Of a stretch of DNA of 58,163 nt, positions 19,592 through 29,618 are shown piece after piece. The DNA lies in IMG/VR virus record IMGVR_UViG_3300035670_000050, positions 62,001-120,163 of that record; one strand, written 5' to 3'. The DNA comes from an uncultured virus (IMG/VR IMGVR_UViG_3300035670_000050) (lineage: Duplodnaviria; Heunggongvirae; Uroviricota; Caudoviricetes). How positions within the stretch are numbered: position 1 is the first letter of the stretch; every line of letters starts with the position of its first letter. The translations under genes were made by a program, and so were the position numbers. The notes below the pieces were generated by a model. That model ran no database searches, was not told the origin of the DNA, and was given only the letters and a program-made list of their open reading frames with translations.

Positions 19592-20311
19592 ATGGAAAAC
19601 AACAATGAATTGCGTAATATAATACCAACTTTTGCCAATCAAAAAGAATTTTTAATTAATATTCTTGATGAAGACGATTTCTCTAAATTGGTAAAACTCA
19701 AAGACGAACTAAAAGATACATGGTCCAAAAAACAAATTTTTAGAACTGAAACGGAAATGAGAGTGTCGGTTTTAAATGATGCTAAATTTCCAACTAATGC
19801 ATCAAAATATTGGCAATGTGTCCGTGAGCAAAATGCTTTTTTTGAAACTACAATGCAACTTTCTTTTGAATATCGTAAAAACGAAATAGAGATTAAAAAA
19901 CTTCAAAGAAATTTAGAAAAAGAAGAAGATGAATTAGAGAAAGAACTTATTCAAATTGAAATTGAACAAAAACTTTATGGTAGAGCCAACATGCAATTAG
20001 TTGCTAAAGATAGAATTCGTGAACTTGATCTTTGGTCTAAAATAAAAGCTGAACTTGATGATGGTTCTTTTGACACACAAAATGTAAATACACATCAAGA
20101 AGAATCTTTATTGTTGACTCTACAAAATAGAGCAAATATGATCTCACCAAATGCAGCTCCAGCTGAAGTCATGAATATTTTAGGACCATTAAAAACTGCT
20201 CAAAGAATTTCTACAGAAAAAACTCAAGAAAATTTAAAGTTGTCAACAGTAACAAATAATTTAAATACTTTTACTTTGAAAGATTTAAATAAAGAGTATA
20301 TTCAAAAATGA
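19592..20311 (+). CDS. Helical/coiled-coil hypothetical protein
   Basis: 239 aa; 'FRTETEMRVSVLND.KFPT.ASKYWQCVREQ' followed by coiled coil; AATAAATA at 19550. Confidence 0.7.
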   Translation: MENNNELRNIIPTFANQKEFLINILDEDDFSKLVKLKDELKDTWSKKQIFRTETEMRVSVLNDAKFPTNASKYWQCVREQNAFFETTMQLSFEYRKNEIEIKKLQRNLEKEEDELEKELIQIEIEQKLYGRANMQLVAKDRIRELDLWSKIKAELDDGSFDTQNVNTHQEESLLLTLQNRANMISPNAAPAEVMNILGPLKTAQRISTEKTQENLKLSTVTNNLNTFTLKDLNKEYIQK

Positions 20312-21861
20312 TACCTAATATATTATGGCAAACTTGGAAAACTGAAGATATTCCAAAGTCTTTAAAGAATCAATACAATTCTTGGAAGTATAGTAATCCA
20401 CATTTAAAAAGAAAAATTAGTAGTGATGAAATGTGTTCTGCTTTTATATTACAGAATTTTGGAGAAGAAGTGCATAGGTTGTATGAATCATTGCCACAAC
20501 CAATTATGCGAGCAGATTTTTGGCGTTTAGCAGTAATTTATATTTATGGAGGTTACTATTCAGATTTGGATGTTACTTGTAAGAAAAATTTAAATGAGTT
20601 TGTAAATGGTAAAGTAAAAGCAGTATTCATGAAAGAATTAGACAACATAGCTAATTTCTTTTTTGGAGCTGAAAGAAATCATCCAGTTTTAAAATTAGCA
20701 TTAGACTATATGATTGAAGAAGCAAAATCAATAACAGATAAAGATACACAATCATATGGTATGCATAATTTACATCGAGCAGTGCGTGAATACTATTCTG
20801 TTATAGGAAATAATTATATTGACAATGAAGATGTTCAATTTTTAAATAATGAATTACTAATAGAAAAAAATATTTTTATTCATCATGCAGCTAGTAATAT
20901 GAATCATTTAAATGATTATGATTCTTGGAGAATGTCTAATTTAATAATGCAAGAAAAAAGAAACCAATCTAACAATATATTATTTTTTACAACATTTAAT
21001 GAAAATGGTTTTTTATTGTATGGTAAAAAATGGATAGAAACATTTATACAAGTTTCAAATTTTTATACTTCTTTTAAAGCTAAAATTTATTATGAAGGAA
21101 ATGTACCACAAATAAATCATCCTAATATCACATATGTAGATTTTAATACAGAAATACCACATCATGACAGTTGGAAAAAAGAATTGAGAAAAAAATCAAA
21201 ACATGCTGATTATGTAAAAACAATGATAGAGAGATTTAGTTATAAATCTTTTGTTATTCAAGATGTATTACAAAAACATAATGACGATTATTTAATTTGG
21301 CTTGATGGAGATTGCGTATTTAAACAAGCCGATTATACAAATTTTCCAAAAAATATTTTGGGAGATAATTTTTTAGCTTGTCAAGTAGAAGAAAATTGGG
21401 ATTTAAATCATGTTGAAAGTGGTATTTTAATTTTTAATGGTAAACATAATGACATTAAAATATTCAATGAAGCTTTTATAGAAAATTATAAATTTGAAAG
21501 ACTTCTTCCTATGGGTGAACCATATGATGGATTTGTAGTTTTTAAGTCATTAAAAGAAACTGATTTAAAATATGTAAATTTAAATTCCAAGTATGGTAAA
21601 GGAGGAATACAGTCTGATCCTAACTGTACTTTTCAACACCCAGAAATTAAATCTAAATTTATACACAATATTGGTTGGACTGGTAAAAATCAATATGAAA
21701 ATTGGGATAGAATTTTCAGAATTGACGATACTTATAAAAAAATGAAATCATTTTTGTTTGGTAATCCAAGTAATTCATCTGAAGAAATGAAAAAACGCAA
21801 AACAAAAATTGAATCTCTGTTAAATAAAAAAGGTAGTTTTTTATCTTCAAAAAAATTATGA
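20308..21861 (+). CDS. Two-domain glycosyltransferase (GT32/OCH1-like plus a second GT-A domain)
   Basis: 'MIP.I.WQTW', 'RADFWRL..IY..GG.Y.DLD' (DxD); second domain 'RFSYK', 'IWLDGD', 'ESG'. Confidence 0.85.
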   Translation: MIPNILWQTWKTEDIPKSLKNQYNSWKYSNPHLKRKISSDEMCSAFILQNFGEEVHRLYESLPQPIMRADFWRLAVIYIYGGYYSDLDVTCKKNLNEFVNGKVKAVFMKELDNIANFFFGAERNHPVLKLALDYMIEEAKSITDKDTQSYGMHNLHRAVREYYSVIGNNYIDNEDVQFLNNELLIEKNIFIHHAASNMNHLNDYDSWRMSNLIMQEKRNQSNNILFFTTFNENGFLLYGKKWIETFIQVSNFYTSFKAKIYYEGNVPQINHPNITYVDFNTEIPHHDSWKKELRKKSKHADYVKTMIERFSYKSFVIQDVLQKHNDDYLIWLDGDCVFKQADYTNFPKNILGDNFLACQVEENWDLNHVESGILIFNGKHNDIKIFNEAFIENYKFERLLPMGEPYDGFVVFKSLKETDLKYVNLNSKYGKGGIQSDPNCTFQHPEIKSKFIHNIGWTGKNQYENWDRIFRIDDTYKKMKSFLFGNPSNSSEEMKKRKTKIESLLNKKGSFLSSKKL

Positions 21862-22625
21862 AAGACAATATCGTTATAGTAACTGGAGGTTTTGACCCCA
21901 TTCATTCTGGGCATATTTCTTATATACATGATGCTCAAAATTATGGAAGAGTTGTTGTGGGTGTTAATAGTGATGAGTGGTTGATAAAGAAAAAAGGCCA
22001 AGCATTCATGCCATTTGAAGAGAGAATTAATATAGTTAAAAATATAAAGGGCGTGATGTTGGCGATAGGTTTTAATGACTCTGATGGATCTGCTTGTGAT
22101 TCTATCTCTGTAGTAAAAAGTATGTTCCCAAAACAAAAAATCATATTTGCAAATGGTGGAGATAGAACAAAAACCAACATACCAGAAATGAATAATTTTA
22201 AAGACGATCCTCAAGTAGAATTTAAATTTGGTGTAGGTGGCGAAAATAAAAAGAATAGTTCTAGTTGGATATTGTCTGAATGGAAACACCCTACCGAAAA
22301 TAGAGTATGGGGTAAATTTATGACATATTATGATTCTAAAACAACAAAGATTAAAAGATTGATATTGGAACCTGGCAAATCAATTTCAATGCAATACCAT
22401 GAAAACAGAAATGAGTTTTGGTTTGTTGAAGAAGGGTTTGGTAAAATAACGACATTGATTAATGACGAAGAAGTTTTAGTAAAAAATATTCAAAAACATG
22501 ACAGTTATTTCGTTGAACTTAAAAAATGGCACAGGTTAGAAAATGTAGGTAAAGATAATTTATGTATTATTGAAATACAGTATGGAAAAGAATGTATAGA
22601 AGAAGATATTATTAGAAAGCTTTAA
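21858..22625 (+). CDS. Cytidylyltransferase-like (HxGH) domain fused to a mannose-6-phosphate isomerase type II-like cupin
   Basis: 'TGGFDPIHSGH', 'GVNSD.WL..KKG', 'FANGGDR', 'NSSS'; then 'R.WG', 'PGKSISMQYH..R.EFW', 'WHRL.N', 'EIQYG..C.EEDI.R'. Confidence 0.85.
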   Translation: MKDNIVIVTGGFDPIHSGHISYIHDAQNYGRVVVGVNSDEWLIKKKGQAFMPFEERINIVKNIKGVMLAIGFNDSDGSACDSISVVKSMFPKQKIIFANGGDRTKTNIPEMNNFKDDPQVEFKFGVGGENKKNSSSWILSEWKHPTENRVWGKFMTYYDSKTTKIKRLILEPGKSISMQYHENRNEFWFVEEGFGKITTLINDEEVLVKNIQKHDSYFVELKKWHRLENVGKDNLCIIEIQYGKECIEEDIIRKL

Positions 22626-22636
22626 ATTATTGTTCG

Positions 22637-22644
22637 TATAAATA
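22637..22644 (+). promoter_or_regulatory. T4-type late promoter for the neck operon
   Basis: Exact TATAAATA 24 nt upstream of gp13. Confidence 0.8.
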
Positions 22645-22667
22645 GACTATAAAACAAAGGGTTTTAT

Positions 22668-23621
22668 ATGTCTACACCAACAACTAGAGCACAATTTAAA
22701 GATTATTGTCTTCGTAGATTAGGATGGCCAGTAATCGATATAAATGTTGATGATGATCAAATTGATGATCGTATAGATGATGCATTACAGTTTTTTCAAG
22801 ACTATCACTATGATGGTACAGAAAAATTGTATATGAAACATCAAATCACTCAAGCTGATATTGATCGTCGTTGGATTTACTGCCCAGATCCCGTAACTTT
22901 TGTAACTGGTGTATTAAGATTTGATGACTCAAATTCATCAATCAATATGTTTGATCTGCGTTACCAATTAAGACTTCATGATCTGTATGATTTTACATCG
23001 GTATCTTATGTGTCTTATGAAATAACAATGCAACATATCACAACACTCAATCTTCTTTTCTCTGGTACTCCACAATTTAGATTCAATCGTAAACAAAACA
23101 AATTGTTTCTTGACATAGATTGGACAAGAGATTTAGATGTTGGTGAATATGTAATTGTAGAATGTTATCGTAAGTTAATACCAGATGTTATAAACCTTAC
23201 AGGTACAGTTACATTAGATAACACATCTAAAATTGTAATTGGAACTAACACAATTTTTGATCAAGAAATTGTTGAAAACGATGTTGTGAGTTTTGGCAAT
23301 GAAAGTCTTCAAGTCCGTAAAATAAAATCTCCAACAGAAATAGAATTGGTATATGAACCAACACAATCTGGTTCAAATGTATCTATGACAGTTGCTGGAA
23401 ATACAGATGTTTGGAATGACAGATTTTTAAAACGATACGCTACTGCAAAAATTAAATATCAATGGGGAACTAATTTAAGTAAGTTTGCAGGTATACAATT
23501 ACCTGGTGGAGTTACATTAGATGGCCCTCGTATCATGCAAGAAGCACAAGAAGAACTAAGTAAGATAGAAGAAGAAATGTATCAGATGGGATCTCTTCCT
23601 TCTGAAATCTTTATTGGATAA
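22668..23621 (+). CDS. gp13: Neck protein gp13
   Basis: 'YCLRRLG.PVI.INV.DDQ..DRIDDALQ', 'QWG.NLSKF.G.QLPGGVTLDG'. Confidence 0.93.
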   Translation: MSTPTTRAQFKDYCLRRLGWPVIDINVDDDQIDDRIDDALQFFQDYHYDGTEKLYMKHQITQADIDRRWIYCPDPVTFVTGVLRFDDSNSSINMFDLRYQLRLHDLYDFTSVSYVSYEITMQHITTLNLLFSGTPQFRFNRKQNKLFLDIDWTRDLDVGEYVIVECYRKLIPDVINLTGTVTLDNTSKIVIGTNTIFDQEIVENDVVSFGNESLQVRKIKSPTEIELVYEPTQSGSNVSMTVAGNTDVWNDRFLKRYATAKIKYQWGTNLSKFAGIQLPGGVTLDGPRIMQEAQEELSKIEEEMYQMGSLPSEIFIG

Positions 23622-23624
23622 ATT

Positions 23625-24527
23625 GTGGCAACAAATTTCTATTTTAACAATTTTCCAGCAAATCATATAACACAAGAACAACTTCTTGTAGAAGACCTTG
23701 TAATTGAGGCCATGCAGATACATGGTATGGATGTATATTATTTACCTAAATCTAATGAATCAGAAACAGACTATTTGTTTGGAGATGAACCACTAAAACA
23801 ATTTACTAGAGCTCATTCAATTGAAATGTATCTAGAGAATGTCTCTGGCATGGATGGTGAAGGTGATTTTATTTCTAAATTTGGTTTAGAGATTCGTGAT
23901 GAAGTTCAATTATTAGTATCTAGAAGAAGATTTAAATTTGCTACAGCCGGGTCTAATCTAATACGACCAAGAGAAGGCGATTTAGTTTACATACCTTTAG
24001 TTGAGAATTTTTTTGAGATTACATTTGTAGAACATGAAAATGATCAGGCTATGTTCTATACTTTAGGCAGAGGTCGTGGTGGTAATGTTTATGTATATGC
24101 TCTTAAATTAAAACAATTTGTTTTCTCTAATGAGATTGTAGAAACTGGCATAGAAGAAATTGATAGTCAAATTAGAGATAGTTATGCAAGAACAAAAATT
24201 ACATTATCAAGCGGTTCTGGCCAATATATAAATGATGAAATTGTTTACCAAGGAACAGATTTAGCAAATGCAACAGCACAAGCTTTAGTTTATAGTTCTG
24301 TAACAAATGGCCCAAATAAATTTGTTGAACTTTATAGAGTAAACGGTACTTTTGGATCAGGTAGTTTAATTGGCAATACTTCTGGTTCAATTTACACTTC
24401 AAATATAATTTCAGACTTTGCCACTTTAGATAATGCATTTGAAGATATTATAGACAACAATCGTATACAAACTGAGAGTGATGAAATATTAGATTGGTCT
24501 GAAAAAAATCCATTTGGAGAAGGTTAA
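23625..24527 (+). CDS. gp14: Neck protein gp14
   Basis: GTG start; 'EQ.LVEDL..E..Q..G.DVYYLP', 'SKFGLEIRD', 'PREGDL.Y.P', 'E.NPFG'. Confidence 0.92.
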   Translation: MATNFYFNNFPANHITQEQLLVEDLVIEAMQIHGMDVYYLPKSNESETDYLFGDEPLKQFTRAHSIEMYLENVSGMDGEGDFISKFGLEIRDEVQLLVSRRRFKFATAGSNLIRPREGDLVYIPLVENFFEITFVEHENDQAMFYTLGRGRGGNVYVYALKLKQFVFSNEIVETGIEEIDSQIRDSYARTKITLSSGSGQYINDEIVYQGTDLANATAQALVYSSVTNGPNKFVELYRVNGTFGSGSLIGNTSGSIYTSNIISDFATLDNAFEDIIDNNRIQTESDEILDWSEKNPFGEG

Positions 24528-25423
24528 TGTTAGGTAACCCACATTTTTATAATCGAACTATAAGAAAAGTTGTTGTAGCATTTGGCACACTTTTTAATGA
24601 TTTAGAAATTATTCGTTTTAATAAAGCCAATCAACCACAATTAAAAATGACTGTACCATTATCTTATGGTGCTAAAGAAAAATATTTAACACGAATTCTT
24701 TCTGATCCAAATTTAACAAAATCTGTAAACACAGTAGTACCAAGAATGTCTTTCAATCTTGATAGTTTGTCATATGACATATCTAGAAAACAACAAAGTC
24801 TTTTACAAAATTTTGCATATAATTCTGAGAGTGGTTTAAGTACACAGTTTGTTCCAGTACCATATAATTTTGAATTTTCTTTGTCTATATTTGTTAGACA
24901 CACAGAAGACGGTACTCAAATACTTGAACAGATACTTCCATTTTTTACACCAGATTTTACTGTAACAGTTGATTTTATAAATGCATTTGAACAAAAATAT
25001 GATATGCCAATCATATTGAATTCTGTAACATCAAATGTTGATTATGAAGGTGATATGTCAACAACAAGACTTATTATTTGGGACTTATCATTTACTGCAA
25101 AAGGTTACATATGGCCACCAGTTAAAGTTGGTGGTGGTTTAATTGGTCAATATAGTGATGTAGGTGGTCTAGATGGTACAGGTGGATTTGGTGGAGTTAT
25201 AGGTAATGTATATGTTGATCCTACTTTGAATACTAAAACTGCAAAAGTTGAAGTTCAATCTAATCCATTAGATGCTGAACCAGATGATGGATTTGGTTTT
25301 ACTGAAACAATAACTGAATATTTTAATGCTCAACAATATTCAAATAATATTATTTCTTTATTTACAACAGATTCTACAATTTTTTCTACAGATTCAATTA
25401 TTATAACTACGGATAAACAATAA
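24527..25423 (+). CDS. gp15: Tail sheath stabiliser/terminator gp15
   Basis: 'FY...IRK.VVAFGTLFN', 'VPL.YG.KEK', 'PRMSF', 'QILEQILPFF.P'. Confidence 0.92.
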   Translation: MLGNPHFYNRTIRKVVVAFGTLFNDLEIIRFNKANQPQLKMTVPLSYGAKEKYLTRILSDPNLTKSVNTVVPRMSFNLDSLSYDISRKQQSLLQNFAYNSESGLSTQFVPVPYNFEFSLSIFVRHTEDGTQILEQILPFFTPDFTVTVDFINAFEQKYDMPIILNSVTSNVDYEGDMSTTRLIIWDLSFTAKGYIWPPVKVGGGLIGQYSDVGGLDGTGGFGGVIGNVYVDPTLNTKTAKVEVQSNPLDAEPDDGFGFTETITEYFNAQQYSNNIISLFTTDSTIFSTDSIIITTDKQ

Positions 25424-27447
25424 TGGCAAAACAAACAATTAACATAGGCACAGGGCCAAATACTGGTACAGGTGATCCTCTGCGTACAGCATTTATTAAA
25501 GTAAATGATAATTTTACTGAAGTTTATAATATTGCACAAGCATCTTATAATTATGCCAATAGTATTGTTTCAGATACGCAAGTAGATCCTGTAGCTCGAG
25601 AAAAAGCAAATTTAGCATATACAACAGCTCAAGCAGCTGCAAATACAGTAATATACACACATATAGAACTTACTGAAAGACATGAACCTACATCTAATAT
25701 AATTACTTTTACACGAGCAGCAAATACGGATATTTCTGATGTTATAGACACTGGTCTTTCTCTTGCAAGGGCAAACAATGGACAAGGAATTTATAACTCT
25801 GCCGTAGAAGTAAGTTTTAATAGAGATGTAAGTCCAGCAAATACAGAATGGAATTGGACTGGTTGGAGTAATCTTGACAATGTTAAATTTAGACACTATA
25901 GAACTTTTACAGAAGCATTAAGAAAAAAAGTAGGAAGTAACATTGTTGGTGCAGAATTGGTTATGCACGATATTACAAATGATAAGTATTATAAAGTAAA
26001 ATTTACACAATGGGATTTAGGTGGTGTTGGGGGTGCAAATGGTTCTTTTGCTTACACTAGAGAATTGATTGATACTTCTAATCAAGTTGGTGTTATTTTT
26101 GAAGATGGAACAACTCAAATTACTGCATCAGTTCCACTAGATTGGCCTGTTGTTTGGCTTGATAATGATAACTATACAATAAGATCAATTGATTCTAAGA
26201 GAATTCTTCGTGGTTATGATATGACAATATCAGTACCAAGAGACAGTGACTTAGATTTTCCAATAGGTTCAGAAGTTGGAATTATAACTGAAAGTATTGG
26301 AATAACAGTTGAAAGAGTTCAACACATTGAAGAAGTTGAAGCTCAAATTTATGCTGTTGGATCTGGAGAAGCAAGAGCATCATGGTTTATACCTGCCAGA
26401 AGTTTTGCTCGCTTGATTAAAATAGAAGAAAACATTTGGTATTTGGTTGTTGCAAATTATATACAAGATGTTGCAGATTTAACCGATAATTCAAATATTA
26501 TAAGTAGTATTTCTACTATAGCAAATTCAGCAAATGTATTAGCACAAGATGCTTATGATTATGCAAACACTCTTACAATATCAACATCTACGTTATCAAA
26601 CAATTCATATTCTGTTATATTAACTGAAACTGGCAATTTATCTGTTTCTGAACCATTTGTGATAGAACAAACAAGTGGTATTCCAGTATCTTATATATTT
26701 CAAGGTGGTTCTTTAACATTACCACAAATTGATTTGAAACCAGGTGATTCAGAAACAACAAATACTTGGATAAATGAAACGGGTCTTGAATCTTACAATG
26801 ACACTTTGGCGATTGCTTTTACTGGAGCTGGGTTTTGGCAATTTAATAGAGATTTAACTTTAACATTTCCAGATAATACAAATCAAAGCACGGCATTTAC
26901 TGGGAATGCCGCAACAGTTGACATATTGGCTACAAATGGTTTAACCACTACGATGTATCCAACATTCGTAGATGCTACAACTGGATCTGTGGTTGTAAGA
27001 GCAGATACAGATTTATCCTATCGAACAGACAGTAACTTATTAACCGTTGGAAATATAACAACAAATGTTCTTAAAATTGAAGACGGTGTTCACGAAGTTT
27101 TAACCATCAGAGCTGGAGATGGTGGCGGATTTACATCAGATTTTGATTGTAGCACTGGATACATATCTTACTGCACATCAGTAAGTGGTAACTGGACTGC
27201 TAACTTTACTAATTTAAACTTGGCCGAAGGTTATGCTACTGTATTAACCATAGTTATAGAACAAACAGGAACTCCTGGATATCCTAGTGCTGTTCAAATT
27301 GAAGGTAGTGCAAAAACACTCATATGGCAAGGCAATACTCTTCCAACACCAACTAACACTGGAATAGATGTGGTAACATTTAGCATACTTTGCACCGGTA
27401 TTAGCGGTAACGAATATGTTGTATTGGGTCAGATGACAGGATTCTAA
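25423..27447 (+). CDS. Fibre-like virion protein with gp9/gp10-type N-terminus
   Basis: 'MAKQTINIG..PN.GTGDPLRTAF.KVNDNF.E.Y' gp9/gp10 N-terminal motif, followed by mosaic beta domains. Confidence 0.75.
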   Translation: MAKQTINIGTGPNTGTGDPLRTAFIKVNDNFTEVYNIAQASYNYANSIVSDTQVDPVAREKANLAYTTAQAAANTVIYTHIELTERHEPTSNIITFTRAANTDISDVIDTGLSLARANNGQGIYNSAVEVSFNRDVSPANTEWNWTGWSNLDNVKFRHYRTFTEALRKKVGSNIVGAELVMHDITNDKYYKVKFTQWDLGGVGGANGSFAYTRELIDTSNQVGVIFEDGTTQITASVPLDWPVVWLDNDNYTIRSIDSKRILRGYDMTISVPRDSDLDFPIGSEVGIITESIGITVERVQHIEEVEAQIYAVGSGEARASWFIPARSFARLIKIEENIWYLVVANYIQDVADLTDNSNIISSISTIANSANVLAQDAYDYANTLTISTSTLSNNSYSVILTETGNLSVSEPFVIEQTSGIPVSYIFQGGSLTLPQIDLKPGDSETTNTWINETGLESYNDTLAIAFTGAGFWQFNRDLTLTFPDNTNQSTAFTGNAATVDILATNGLTTTMYPTFVDATTGSVVVRADTDLSYRTDSNLLTVGNITTNVLKIEDGVHEVLTIRAGDGGGFTSDFDCSTGYISYCTSVSGNWTANFTNLNLAEGYATVLTIVIEQTGTPGYPSAVQIEGSAKTLIWQGNTLPTPTNTGIDVVTFSILCTGISGNEYVVLGQMTGF

Positions 27448-27870
27448 ATGATAGAAAATAAGAAAATTATGCATAAAACAAATGAAAAATTATCTGAAAT
27501 ATTTGATGTAGAACCTATTCCTTTAGAAGTTCAAGAACCACAAAAAGAAACTGTTCCAATTGAGTTTTCTAATCCTATAGAGTCAGACACAGAGATTGCA
27601 AGACAAAACATTAAAGATTTACTTCAAAAAGGAAGTAAGGCTGTAGATGAATTGGCAGTTGTTGCTCGTGATAGTCAACATCCTCGTGCATATGAAGTTA
27701 TGGCAACTTTGATTAAGAATATGTCTGATCTAAATAAAGACTTGTTAGAGATACAGAAACGCAAAAAAGATTTGATGGTAACATCACAAAACAAAGCTGG
27801 AGATGTAAATGTTGAGAAAGCTTTATTTGTTGGTTCTACAGCAGAGTTAATGAAACTACTTAAGAAATAA
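27448..27870 (+). CDS. gp16: Terminase small subunit gp16 (start may be 27469)
   Basis: 'VA..S.HPRAYEV...LIK', 'ALFVGST.EL.K.LK'. Confidence 0.9.
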   Translation: MIENKKIMHKTNEKLSEIFDVEPIPLEVQEPQKETVPIEFSNPIESDTEIARQNIKDLLQKGSKAVDELAVVARDSQHPRAYEVMATLIKNMSDLNKDLLEIQKRKKDLMVTSQNKAGDVNVEKALFVGSTAELMKLLKK

Positions 27871-29564
27871 TGTCTGATACAAGTTACTTAGGAAATGCCA
27901 ACCTTAAAAAAGTTGGTATTCCAATATCATTTAGTGAAGAACAAATTATAGAATACCAAAAGTGTTCTGAAGATCCTATTTACTTTATTGATAACTACTG
28001 TTACATCGTTACACTTGATCACGGTATACAACAGTTCAAACTCTACGATTGTCAAAAGAAAAAAATAAAAACCATTCATGATAACCGTAGAGTTATCATT
28101 ATGGAATCTCGTCAGGCAGGAAAAACTACAACATCTGCTGCATATATTTTATGGTATACTTTGTTTCAAGCAGATAAGAATGTTGCGATTCTAGCAAACA
28201 AAGACAAAACAGCCAGAGAAATTCTTTCTCGTTATCAGTTGATGTATGAGAATTTACCTATATGGATGCAACAAGGTATTAAGACATGGAACAAAGGAGA
28301 CATAGAACTAGAGAATGGTTCTAAAGTATTTACTGCTGCAACTACTGCGGCAGGTATTCGTTCCAAGTCAGTCAACCTTCTGTATATTGACGAGGCTGCA
28401 ATCATTCCAAACAATATTGCAGACCAGTTCTTTACTTCTGTTTACCCTGTAGTTTCTGCTGGTAAGACAACAAAAATTCTAATTACTTCTACACCTCTTG
28501 GTTACAATCACTTTTGGAAGTTTTGGAATGATGCAGAGAATGGTAGAAACGGTTTTGTTCCTTTGTTCATTCCATATTGGGAAATTCCAGGTCGTGATGA
28601 TAAATGGGCAGCAGAACAACGAGGTGTTCTTGGAGAAGTAAAATATAATCAAGAAGTTCTATGTAAGTTTCTTGGTTCTGCACTTACTCTTATTCGTGCA
28701 GATGCAATTGAACAAATGTCGTATAACACTCCAATATTACAAGATGAGGGTCTTGATGTATATGAGTATCCTGTTGTAGGACAAAAAGATCAACATGGTA
28801 AAGTTTTAGTTAAACCTAGATCATATGTTCTTGTCGTTGATACCGCACAAGGCGTAGGTGGTGATTATTCTGCATTTGTTGTCATAGATGTTACAGAAAT
28901 ACCATATAAATTGGTTGCCAAATATAGAAACAATAGTATAGCTCCACTCGTATATCCATCTGTCATTTATAAAGTTGCATCGCAGTACAATCAGGCTTAT
29001 GTTTTACTTGAAGTAAATATGTCTGAACAAGTCGCACACATTTTATATACCGAATATGAGTATGAAAATATATTCTTTGTATCAAAAACTTCAAGAGGGC
29101 AACAAATAACTGGTGGTTTTGGTGGTGCAGGTAAGACAAGACTTGGAGTTCATACAGATAGAAAGATAAAACGCATAGGTTGTTTTAACTTTAAATCTTT
29201 AATTGAAGAGAAAAAGTTATTAGTTTTTGACTCTGATGTGATATCAGAGATGTCAACATTTATTGAAAAAAGAGATTCATATGAGGCCGACGAAGGTTAT
29301 CATGACGATTTAGTTATGTGTCTAGTTCTTTTTGGATGGTTAACTACCAATCCATACTTCAAAGAAATAACGGATGTTAATTTAAGACAAGCAATCTACG
29401 AAGAAAAAATTAAACAGATCGAAGAAGAGATGTTACCTATAGGATTTTTAAATGATGGACAACAAGAAGAGTTGATGATAGAAGGTGGAGATGTTTGGGG
29501 CAATTACAACATGGCAGAAGAGAAAACTGCTTTGCCTCCAGGGTATTTATCGTCTAGATTGTAA
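27870..29564 (+). CDS. gp17: Terminase large subunit gp17
   Basis: 'YLGN.NLKK', Walker A 'SRQAGKTT', Walker B 'LLYIDEAA', nuclease 'D.A.G.G.DYSAF', 'HDDLVM.L'. Confidence 0.96.
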   Translation: MSDTSYLGNANLKKVGIPISFSEEQIIEYQKCSEDPIYFIDNYCYIVTLDHGIQQFKLYDCQKKKIKTIHDNRRVIIMESRQAGKTTTSAAYILWYTLFQADKNVAILANKDKTAREILSRYQLMYENLPIWMQQGIKTWNKGDIELENGSKVFTAATTAAGIRSKSVNLLYIDEAAIIPNNIADQFFTSVYPVVSAGKTTKILITSTPLGYNHFWKFWNDAENGRNGFVPLFIPYWEIPGRDDKWAAEQRGVLGEVKYNQEVLCKFLGSALTLIRADAIEQMSYNTPILQDEGLDVYEYPVVGQKDQHGKVLVKPRSYVLVVDTAQGVGGDYSAFVVIDVTEIPYKLVAKYRNNSIAPLVYPSVIYKVASQYNQAYVLLEVNMSEQVAHILYTEYEYENIFFVSKTSRGQQITGGFGGAGKTRLGVHTDRKIKRIGCFNFKSLIEEKKLLVFDSDVISEMSTFIEKRDSYEADEGYHDDLVMCLVLFGWLTTNPYFKEITDVNLRQAIYEEKIKQIEEEMLPIGFLNDGQQEELMIEGGDVWGNYNMAEEKTALPPGYLSSRL

Positions 29565-29568
29565 AAAC

Positions 29569-29576
29569 ACTAAATA
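29569..29576 (+). promoter_or_regulatory. Late promoter variant upstream of gp18
   Basis: ACTAAATA in the intergenic region before the AAGGAG RBS. Confidence 0.55.
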
Positions 29577-29618
29577 CACAATAAAGAAAATTGATCCAAA
29601 CAATATAAGGAGAAATCC

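Noticed and set aside
21732..22289. Long minus-strand ORFs such as this one, 32074..32511, 35791..36192 and 53547..53948
   Set aside because: Antisense to well-supported genes, with no recognisable motifs or translation signals.
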